Positions 37,725-44,354 of a stretch of 44,354 bases of DNA are shown here, one piece after another. The notes beneath the pieces are model-generated. The model did no database searches. It had not been told where the DNA came from and saw nothing but the letters and a program-made list of their open reading frames with translations. How positions within the stretch are numbered: the stretch's first letter is position 1; every line of letters begins with the position of its first letter. Origin of the DNA: Burkholderiaceae bacterium (GTDB lineage: Bacteria; Pseudomonadota; Gammaproteobacteria; Burkholderiales; Burkholderiaceae_E). The stretch lies in NCBI GenBank assembly GCA_019428955.1, contig JAHYJF010000001.1, positions 1 to 44,354 of the forward strand, written 5' to 3'. A program made the translations under genes and the position numbers.

Positions 37725-39521
37725 ATGAAAAACTCTGAATTCCCCACCCTGTGCGCGCTGCGAGGGGTCGTTATCGCCGTGATGGCGCTGGCCTCCCCCG
37801 GCACCTGGGCAGCCGGCGCGTCACAGCCGGCGGTCATGATCGCTCAGGCGCCAGTACAGATCAATCCGCATCAGCCTGCCCGCGCTTCCGATCCGGTGGA
37901 AATGCTGCCCGAAATCGAACTGACCCCGCAACTGCTGTTCCGGGTGCTCGCCTCGGAGATCGCGGTGCAGCGCGGCGACATCGCCAGCGCCGCTCTCACC
38001 TACCTGGGCCTGGCGCGCGAGACCAGGGATCCGCGCTTCGCGCACCGCGCTACCGAACTGGGCGTGGCCGCACGCTCGCCGACCGCACTGGAAGCGGGCA
38101 GGCTCTGGCATGAGCTGGCGCCGGGTTCAGAGCAGGCGGCGCAGGCCTTCGAGAGCCTGTTGCTGATCGATGGCGAGGTGGCCGAAGCCGAACCTTTGCT
38201 CGCCAGCCGGCAGGTCAAGGCACGCGCCGCCGGCAAGCTCAACGAGTTCTACGCTCAGCTCAGGCGCAATCTACCGGCAGTCCGTGATCCCGGCGCCGCG
38301 CTCGCGATGGTCCGGCGCCTGACGGCGCAGGATCTCGAGCTTGCCGAGGCACACCTGGCCATTGCCGCGGTGGCGCACGCCGCCAAGAACCCCGAACTCG
38401 CCGAAAGCGAAGCCGTCGCGGCATTGCGGATGCAGCCCGAGAATCGCGCAACGCTGCTCGCCACGCTGGTCTATTCCGTCCCCGGCAAGGAAGGGGCCGA
38501 ACGAGCCCGCCAGCGCTTGGCCGATTTCCTCGATCGCCACCCCGACGACGCCGAGTTGTGGTTCATCCATGCCCAGTCCCTGGCGGCCGACGGCCAGATC
38601 GAGCGGGCCAGGGATGAGTTCGAGCGCGCCATGAAGCTCGAGCCCGACAATCCGCGCGTCCTGCTGACCGTCGCCCAGTTCTCCTATCGCAACAAGGACC
38701 TCGAGCGGGCTGAACAGCTCCTCAAGAGGTATCTCGAACTGCCGGGGCAGACTCGCAGCCCCGACCCGGCGCGGATGATGCTCGGGCTGATCGCCGAGGA
38801 CAAGGAGAATCCCGAGCAGGCATTGCGCTGGTACGAACAGGTGCAGTCGGGCGAACAGTTCATCTCCGCCGTGGGGCGGCGGGCGATGTTGACCGCGAGG
38901 ATGGGCCGACTTGGTGAAGCCACCGAGATGCTGCACACAGTCGCGACCACGACCAGCGCCGAACGGGTGCGCCTGCTCACCATCGAGTCCGAAATCCTGC
39001 GCGAACTCGGCCAGCAGGAGGCCGCATTCAAGGTCCTCGACGACGCGCTGCTCAAGTACCGCGACGATCACGGCCTGCTCTACGCCCAGGCGATGGCGGC
39101 GGAGCGGATCAATCGCATCGACGCCATGGAAAAGAGCCTGCGCCGACTGATCAGCCTTGATCCCAGGAACGCCAACGCCTACAACGCGTTGGGCTACTCC
39201 CTGGCGGATCGCAACCTGCGGCTCGGCGAAGCCCAGAAGCTGGTCGAACAAGCCCTGCAGCTCCAACCCGAGAGTGCTCACATCATCGACAGCATGGGCT
39301 GGGTGATGTTTCGCCGCGGCCAGATGGAGGCCGCGCTGCGCCACCTGATCAAGGCCTACGCTCTGGCCCCGGAAGCCGACATCGCGGCGCACCTCGGCGA
39401 AGTCCTCTGGGTCATCGGACGCAAGGAGGAGGCCAGGACGATCTGGCGCGCCGCGCACAGGGACGATGCCGACAACCAAGTCCTCATCGAGACGCTCAAG
39501 CGGCTCGGAGCAAAGCTCTGA
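37725..39521 (+). CDS. Secreted tetratricopeptide-repeat protein (conserved neighbour of lolB)
   Basis: Signal peptide ...ALASPGTWA, then multiple TPR-like repeats (e.g. NANAYNALGYSLADRNLRLGEAQKLVEQALQLQPES). Sits upstream of lolB-ispE as in Pseudomonas and betaproteobacteria. Confidence 0.88.
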   Translation: MKNSEFPTLCALRGVVIAVMALASPGTWAAGASQPAVMIAQAPVQINPHQPARASDPVEMLPEIELTPQLLFRVLASEIAVQRGDIASAALTYLGLARETRDPRFAHRATELGVAARSPTALEAGRLWHELAPGSEQAAQAFESLLLIDGEVAEAEPLLASRQVKARAAGKLNEFYAQLRRNLPAVRDPGAALAMVRRLTAQDLELAEAHLAIAAVAHAAKNPELAESEAVAALRMQPENRATLLATLVYSVPGKEGAERARQRLADFLDRHPDDAELWFIHAQSLAADGQIERARDEFERAMKLEPDNPRVLLTVAQFSYRNKDLERAEQLLKRYLELPGQTRSPDPARMMLGLIAEDKENPEQALRWYEQVQSGEQFISAVGRRAMLTARMGRLGEATEMLHTVATTTSAERVRLLTIESEILRELGQQEAAFKVLDDALLKYRDDHGLLYAQAMAAERINRIDAMEKSLRRLISLDPRNANAYNALGYSLADRNLRLGEAQKLVEQALQLQPESAHIIDSMGWVMFRRGQMEAALRHLIKAYALAPEADIAAHLGEVLWVIGRKEEARTIWRAAHRDDADNQVLIETLKRLGAKL

Positions 39522-40081
39522 TGGCCGCGGCCGGCTCCGCCCTGCGGCTGCTGGCCCTGGTGTTGGTGCTCGCGCTTGCCGGCTGCGCGACACCCGCGGC
39601 GATCGCGCCGGCACCAGCCACCGGCACAGCCGCCGAGGTGCACCGCTGGTACGGGCGCTTCTCGGCGACCAGCGTCGTTCCCGGCGACGCCACTCGTGAA
39701 GAGCGCTTCTCGGGCCGCTTCCTGCTGCGTCGCTCGAGCGGCGAGTCGGTGATCGAGATCTCCAGCGTGCTGGGGCAAACCATGGCCGTGGCGCGCAGCG
39801 GACCGCACGGCGCCCGCCTCGAAACCGCCGACGGCAAGGTGTTCACGGCACCGAGCGCCGACGAACTGCTCGAGCAGGTGTTTGGCTGGCGCATCCCGGT
39901 GGCGCTGCTGCCCGACTGGCTGGAGGGCCGCCTCGGCGCCGATGCCGGCGGCTGGCTGGTGCAGATCGAAGAGCTTCGGGACCAACTGCCGCGGCGGCTC
40001 GCGCTGCGCTGGCCCGAGCCGCCGAGCGCCGGCCAGCCCACCCTGGCGCTGTTGCTGATCGTCGATGGCCGGGAACTGTGA
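39521..40081 (+). CDS. lolB: Outer-membrane lipoprotein insertase LolB
   Basis: Lipobox LALAGC. The size and the position between the TPR gene and ispE fit LolB. 1-nt TGATG overlap with the TPR gene. Confidence 0.85.
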   Translation: MAAAGSALRLLALVLVLALAGCATPAAIAPAPATGTAAEVHRWYGRFSATSVVPGDATREERFSGRFLLRRSSGESVIEISSVLGQTMAVARSGPHGARLETADGKVFTAPSADELLEQVFGWRIPVALLPDWLEGRLGADAGGWLVQIEELRDQLPRRLALRWPEPPSAGQPTLALLLIVDGREL

Positions 40082-40989
40082 TGATTGTGGCACTACGCAA
40101 TTGCCCCGCACCGGCCAAGCTCAACCGTTTCCTGCACGTCACCGGGCAGCGCCCCGATGGCTACCACCTCCTGGAAACAGTCTTCGAGCTGATCGATCTG
40201 TGCGACCTGCTGCACTTCAGCGTCCGCAGCGACGGCGAGATCGTGCGCCACGGGGCGATTCGGGAGCTCGGGGCCGATGTCGATGACCTGAGCGCCAGGG
40301 CCGCGCGAGCGCTCGCGCGCGAATCGGGCACCAAACTCGGGGTCGACATCGAGATCGTCAAGCGAATCCCGGTGGGCGGCGGGCTCGGGGGCGGGAGTTC
40401 CGACGCGGCCACCACCCTGCTGGCACTCAACCGCTTATGGGGACTGCGCTGGACCCCGGCACGCCTGGCGCGCCTCGCGCTGCGGCTCGGCGCCGACGTC
40501 CCGGTCTTCGTCCACGGGTCCAGCTCCTATGCCACCGGGGTCGGCGAACAACTGGTCACGCTGCCCCTGCCCGAGCGGTTCTTCGTCGTCGTCGCGCCCG
40601 GCGTGGCGGTGTCGACGGCAGTGGTTTTTACCGCCCCCGAATTGACACGAGACACGAAACTCATCAAAATTCTGGGTCTTTCTCGGGGCTTGGCGGTCTC
40701 TGAGGGGAGGAACGATCTCGAGCCCGTCGTCTGCGCGCGGTATCCCGAGGTCGCTGCGGCTCTGGCCGCGCTGCGTCGTGAAGCGCTCGCAACGGGCGAA
40801 GACCCCGACACCGCGCGAATGACCGGATCCGGCTCTTGCGTGTTTCTTCCTGTCTCTGACCGCCGGCGCGGCGAGGCGATCCGGGCCCGGATCGCAGCGC
40901 TCGGGGTCGGCAAGGCGTTCCTAGTCAGATCGCTTGCCCACCACCCGCTTCGGAATTGGGCTTTTGAGCGGCAACGCTCATCGACCTAG
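40081..40989 (+). CDS. ispE: 4-(cytidine 5'-diphospho)-2-C-methyl-D-erythritol kinase
   Basis: APAKLNRFLHVTG.R.DGYH.L...F ... GHMP motif IPVGGGLGGGSSDAA. ATG at 40081 overlaps the lolB TGA by 1 nt; a GTG at 40078 is also possible. Confidence 0.93.
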   Translation: MIVALRNCPAPAKLNRFLHVTGQRPDGYHLLETVFELIDLCDLLHFSVRSDGEIVRHGAIRELGADVDDLSARAARALARESGTKLGVDIEIVKRIPVGGGLGGGSSDAATTLLALNRLWGLRWTPARLARLALRLGADVPVFVHGSSSYATGVGEQLVTLPLPERFFVVVAPGVAVSTAVVFTAPELTRDTKLIKILGLSRGLAVSEGRNDLEPVVCARYPEVAAALAALRREALATGEDPDTARMTGSGSCVFLPVSDRRRGEAIRARIAALGVGKAFLVRSLAHHPLRNWAFERQRSST

Positions 40990-40995
40990 GGCAGT

Positions 40996-41072
40996 TGGGG
41001 AGTGGCCAAGCTGGTTAAGGCACCGGATTTTGATTCCGGCATGCGAAGGTTCGAATCCTTCCTCCCCAGCCA
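40996..41072 (+). tRNA. tRNA-Gln (anticodon UUG)
   Basis: TGGGGAGTGGCCAAGCTGGTTAAGGCACCGGATTTTGATTCCGGCATGCGAAGGTTCGAATCCTTCCTCCCCAGCCA. It has a U1-A72 acceptor pair, anticodon loop TTTTGAT, T-loop TTCGAAT and an encoded CCA. Confidence 0.92.
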
Positions 41073-41130
41073 ACTTAACCAGGGCGGGGTTCTTGCAATG
41101 CAGCACATGAATAGACGCGCGACCGAGAGC

Positions 41131-42081
41131 ATGAACGAGGACGCGCCGGTGATATTTGCCGGGAGCGCCACGCCCCAGCTTGCCGCCGACGTTGCGCGCC
41201 ATCTCGGCACCACGCTGGGCCGGGCTACGGTGGGGCGTTTTTCCGACGGCGAAGTGATGGCCGAGATCCTGGAGAACGTCCGCGGTCGCGACGTCTACAT
41301 CCTGCAGTCGACCTGCGCGCCGACCAACGACCACCTGATGGAAGTGATGATCATGGCTGACGCGCTCAAGCGCGCCTCGGCAATGCGCATCACGGCTGCC
41401 TTGCCCTACTTCGGTTACGCCCGCCAGGATCGCCGCGTGCGTTCGATGCGGGTGGCGATCAGCGCCAAGGTGGTGGCCAACATGCTGCAGATCGCCGGCA
41501 TCGACCGGGTCCTGACCATGGACCTTCATGCCGACCAGATCCAGGGCTTCTTCGACATTCCCGTCGACAACATCTACGCGACTCCGCTTCTGCTCGGCGA
41601 CCTGCACAAGCAGGACCTCGACAACGTGATCGTGGTGTCACCCGACGTCGGCGGCGTGGTCCGTGCCCGGGCAATCGCCAAGCGCCTCGACTCCGAACTG
41701 GCGATTATCGACAAGCGCCGTCCCAAGGCCAACGTTGCCGAGGTGATGAACATCATCGGCGACGTCGAGGGGCGCACCTGCGTGATCATGGACGACATGG
41801 TCGATACCGCCAATACACTGGTCAAGGGCGCCTCGGCACTAAAGCAGCACGGCGCCAAGCGCGTGCTGGCCTATTGCACCCACCCGGTACTCTCCGGTGG
41901 GGCGGTCGCCCGCGTCGAGGATTCCGATCTCGACGAGCTGGTGGTCACCGACTCTATTCCACTGCCGCGCGATGCCCGCACTGCCAAGAAGATCCGGGTA
42001 GTTGGGTGCTCTCAGCTGCTGGCCGAAACCATCAGCCGAATCAACCGCGCCGACTCGGTTTCGTCGCTCTTCGTCGACTGA
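41131..42081 (+). CDS. prs: Ribose-phosphate pyrophosphokinase (PRPP synthetase)
   Basis: [20 protein letters not shown] ... [17 protein letters not shown] ... [14 protein letters not shown] ... DDMVDTANT. The ATG at 41131 gives about 316 aa; 41098 and 41107 are alternatives. The ORF-track start at 41002 overlaps tRNA-Gln and is rejected. Confidence 0.93.
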   Translation: MNEDAPVIFAGSATPQLAADVARHLGTTLGRATVGRFSDGEVMAEILENVRGRDVYILQSTCAPTNDHLMEVMIMADALKRASAMRITAALPYFGYARQDRRVRSMRVAISAKVVANMLQIAGIDRVLTMDLHADQIQGFFDIPVDNIYATPLLLGDLHKQDLDNVIVVSPDVGGVVRARAIAKRLDSELAIIDKRRPKANVAEVMNIIGDVEGRTCVIMDDMVDTANTLVKGASALKQHGAKRVLAYCTHPVLSGGAVARVEDSDLDELVVTDSIPLPRDARTAKKIRVVGCSQLLAETISRINRADSVSSLFVD

Positions 42082-42130
42082 TTCTCTGAACACTTTTTCG
42101 CGGTTGCGCCACCGGCGCCGCCGAACAAGC

Positions 42131-42153
42131 ATCCGGCGCATTTCACGCCGGAT
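42131..42153 (+). terminator. Hairpin downstream of prs (weak intrinsic-terminator candidate)
   Basis: atccggcg-catttca-cgccggat is an 8-bp stem followed by ttgat. The U-tract is short. Confidence 0.35.
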
Positions 42154-42210
42154 TTGATGGACTCTCCAAGAGACTGGTCGCGGTCCGCGGAGTTTTACAA
42201 GGAGCATGCA

Positions 42211-42864
42211 ATGAAATTCATTGCCACCACGAGAAACCTGCACGGTACGGGTGCGAGCCGCCGCCTGCGTCACCAAAACAAGGTGCCTGGCATCGTTTAC
42301 GGCGGCGAAGGCAAACCGGTCTCAATCGAGATCGACCACAACCCGCTGATCCATGCGCTGCGCGTCGAGGCCTTCCACTCGTCGATTCTGGAGATGGAAC
42401 TTGACGGCAGCCCGGAACGGGTACTGCTGCGCGATGTCCAGTGGCATCCGTTCAAGCAGCAGATCAGGCACATCGACTTCCAGCGTGTTTCGACTGGCAA
42501 GGCCATCCACATTTTTGTCCCGTTCCACTTCATCAACGCCGAGCTCTCGCCGGCAGTGAAACTCTCTGGTGCGCTGATCAACCACCCCATGGTCGACGTC
42601 GAGATCAGCTGCCTGCCACGCCACCTACCTGAGTTCATCGCGATTGATCTCTCCGAGATCAAGTTGGGTGACAGCATCCATCTCTCCGACGTGATCTTCC
42701 CGGAAGGCGTAACACCGGTACCCCGCGGCAAGGAAAACCCCCTGGTTGTCACAGCTACCATGCCGGCGATCGCCGGAGCATCGGAAGACGAAGAGGTGGC
42801 GGCGGAACCGACCGAAGCCGCCCCGGTGGTGCCGGCTGTCAAGCCGACCGCTGATAAGAAGTAA
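42211..42864 (+). CDS. rplY: 50S ribosomal protein L25 (general stress protein Ctc form)
   Basis: AAGGAG 6 nt upstream of the ATG at 42211. MKFIATTRNLHGTGASRRLR...KVPGIVYGG... with a long Ctc-type C-terminal extension. Confidence 0.94.
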   Translation: MKFIATTRNLHGTGASRRLRHQNKVPGIVYGGEGKPVSIEIDHNPLIHALRVEAFHSSILEMELDGSPERVLLRDVQWHPFKQQIRHIDFQRVSTGKAIHIFVPFHFINAELSPAVKLSGALINHPMVDVEISCLPRHLPEFIAIDLSEIKLGDSIHLSDVIFPEGVTPVPRGKENPLVVTATMPAIAGASEDEEVAAEPTEAAPVVPAVKPTADKK

Positions 42865-42908
42865 TAACCGGTCCGGACTGCGGCGTCGAGCCGCGGTCCG
42901 AACTTCGT

Positions 42909-42933
42909 GCCCGTCGCCTCGCACGCGACGGGC
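42909..42933 (+). other. GC-rich hairpin in the rplY-pth spacer
   Basis: gcccgtcgc-ctcgcac-gcgacgggc is a 9-bp perfect stem with a 7-nt loop and no U-tract. It could be a processing site, an attenuator or a stability element. Confidence 0.3.
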
Positions 42934-42957
42934 GCACATCGATTCCAGCCCACCAAG

Positions 42958-43569
42958 ATGTCCGTCATCCGCCTGATAGTTGGTCTCGGCAACGTTGGCC
43001 GGGAATACCAATACACGCGTCACAACGCCGGCTTCTGGTTTGCCGACGGGATCGTGCGGCGGACCAGCGCCAATTTCACCACTGAATCGAAATTCCACGG
43101 TGAGGTTGCCCGCCCGAATCTGGGCGGCAATGCGTTCTGGCTGCTCAAGCCGGGCACGCTGATGAACCGCTCGGGCCGCGCAGTCGCTGCGCTGGCCAAC
43201 TTCTACCGCATCGAGCCGGCCGAAATCTTCGTTATCCACGATGAGCTCGACCTCGCCCCCGGGCAGTCCAAGCTCAAGTGCGGCGGCGGCCACGCCGGCC
43301 ACAATGGCCTGCGCGACATCCAGGCGCACCTCGGGAGCACTGATTTCTGGCGCCTGCGCCTGGGAATCGGTCACCCGCGCGACGTCCAGGCCGAGCAGGA
43401 GGTGGCCGACTACGTGCTGCATCCGCCGCGGCTCGAAGAGATGAGCCTGATCGTCGACGAGATCAACCGCGCGCTCGATATTCTCCCCGACATGCTGGCC
43501 GGCGAATTCGCAGCGGCGACCATGAAACTGCACACCAGGCCCAATCCGCCATCTGCAGAAAAGCCCTAG
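42958..43569 (+). CDS. pth: Peptidyl-tRNA hydrolase
   Basis: MSVIRLIVGLGNVGREYQYTRHNAGFWF ... LLKPGTLMNRSG ... HDELDL.PG ... GGHAGHNGLRD. Confidence 0.95.
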   Translation: MSVIRLIVGLGNVGREYQYTRHNAGFWFADGIVRRTSANFTTESKFHGEVARPNLGGNAFWLLKPGTLMNRSGRAVAALANFYRIEPAEIFVIHDELDLAPGQSKLKCGGGHAGHNGLRDIQAHLGSTDFWRLRLGIGHPRDVQAEQEVADYVLHPPRLEEMSLIVDEINRALDILPDMLAGEFAAATMKLHTRPNPPSAEKP

Positions 43570-43617
43570 CGCCTTGTTGCTGCAAAGCAGCATGGAGGGC
43601 GCTGATTTGCTATCATT

Positions 43618-43645
43618 AAGACTATATTAAATATCATCTAGTCTT
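43618..43645. promoter_or_regulatory. Inverted repeat (candidate operator) in the AT-rich promoter region upstream of the MaoC/PTA gene
   Basis: aagacta-N14-tagtctt has 7-bp perfect arms. It lies in the only strongly AT-rich stretch of the window (about 43600-43650), 10 nt upstream of the ATG at 43656. Confidence 0.35.
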
Positions 43646-43655
43646 GAGCAAGATC

Positions 43656-44333
43656 ATGGAAATCACCGTCTCGAACAAGCTGTTCGACGAGATCAAGGTC
43701 GGCGACCGGGTCGCCATGGACCGCGTTTGCACCGAGCACGATCTCTACGTCTTCGCGAGCATCACTGGCAACTTCAATCCGCTGCATCTGCCCGGTGAAC
43801 CGAGTGTTGTTTCCGGCGAGAACAAGGGCGGAGCAGTTGCGCCATCGATGTGGTTTGCCGCGCTCGTGGCCAATCTGCTTGGAACCTCACTGCCCGGCCC
43901 GGGCACGCTCTACCGCTCGCAATCGCTGAACTTCCATGCGCGGGTTGGCGTCGGCGACGAAGTCACGGTGTCGGTCGAGGTGGTCGACAAGCGCGAGCCG
44001 CAGTTGATCATCCTCGAGACCCGCGTGGTCAAGAGCTCCGGCGATCTGGTGGCCGACGGCTTCGCCGAAGTCTTCGCGCCGCTGCGCAAGCTCACCGACG
44101 TTCACCTCGAGGCTCCCGGGGTCATGCTGCGCAAGCACCGGCACTGCGAACGACTGGTGGCCGCCTGCGCCGGACTGAGGCCGATCGCCATGGCGGTGAT
44201 CTGCCCGGAAGAGCCGCAGTCACTGGGCGGCGCGCTGCGCGCCCACGCCGCCGGTCTGATCGAGCCGATACTCATTGGCAACCGCCGTCGCATTGACGCC
44301 GCCGCCTCACCCATCCGCTCGTCGGCGGGGTGA
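43656..44333 (+). CDS. MaoC-like (R)-hydratase domain fused to the N-terminal part of a phosphate acetyl/butyryltransferase domain; appears 3'-truncated
   Basis: A hot-dog/MaoC region (DLYVFASITGNFNPLHL...) is followed by LVAACAGLRPIAMAVICPEEPQSLGGALRAHAAGLIEPILIGNRRRIDAAA, which is typical of the start of a PTA_PTB domain. The ORF then stops after SPIRSSAG. An upstream TTG at 43644 is possible. Confidence 0.7.
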   Translation: MEITVSNKLFDEIKVGDRVAMDRVCTEHDLYVFASITGNFNPLHLPGEPSVVSGENKGGAVAPSMWFAALVANLLGTSLPGPGTLYRSQSLNFHARVGVGDEVTVSVEVVDKREPQLIILETRVVKSSGDLVADGFAEVFAPLRKLTDVHLEAPGVMLRKHRHCERLVAACAGLRPIAMAVICPEEPQSLGGALRAHAAGLIEPILIGNRRRIDAAASPIRSSAG

Positions 44334-44354
44334 TCCTGTTTTCCCGCAACTACC
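44297..44354 (+). pseudogene. nagZ: 5'-truncated fragment encoding the NagZ (beta-N-acetylhexosaminidase) N-terminal motif, running off the window
   Basis: The frame offset +1 from the MaoC/PTA ORF reads RRRLTHPLVGGVILFSRNY (compare E. coli NagZ ...ILAHPLVGGLILFTRNY). That frame is closed immediately upstream by TGA at 44294-44296, and no start codon is present. Confidence 0.5.

Noticed and set aside
38271-39614. 447-aa minus-strand ORF over the TPR gene
   Set aside because: It is antisense to a TPR protein that has a signal peptide and recognisable repeats. It shows the same high-GC artefact pattern.
41002-41130. N-terminal extension of the prs ORF
   Set aside because: The extension would be translated through the tRNA-Gln gene (40996-41072). 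PRPP synthetase homology begins near the ATG at 41131.

Overview
This is a GC-rich contig (roughly two-thirds G+C by eye, not computed). Its gene order looks like the core chromosome of a betaproteobacterium of Rhodocyclales/Burkholderiales type. All functional calls come from reading motifs in the translations; no database search was run. Almost everything is housekeeping. Left to right: an ArsS-like radical SAM gene cut by the window edge, an NrtS-like/ECF sigma/anti-sigma mini-operon, tRNA-Thr, sspAB and petABC, then Nif3 and a DegS/AlgW-type protease. A roughly 16 kb co-directional minus-strand block follows: mlaFED-mlaA-mlaCB, an ABC-2 exporter, ibaG, murA, hisGDCBHAFIE, a HIT protein and tatABC. 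After it come a CPA2 K+/H+ antiporter, kdsDC-lptCAB-rpoN-hpf-ptsN-hprK-rapZ, an orphan dynamin-like GTPase, mutM, a TPR protein, lolB, ispE, tRNA-Gln, prs, rplY and pth. The last gene is a MaoC/phosphotransacylase fusion that ends abnormally next to a NagZ fragment at the window edge. I found no CRISPR array, transposase, integrase, restriction-modification or toxin-antitoxin genes, and no convincing new multi-gene system. The least ordinary loci are the orphan dynamin-like GTPase (34780-36702), the frame-switching junction at the right edge (about 44297), the AT-rich synteny break after pth, the nrtS-ECF-ZAS operon beside tRNA-Thr, and the structured hpf-ptsN spacer. Many ORF-track entries are antisense artefacts of high GC content or over-extended N-termini; I corrected starts where the sequence supports it.
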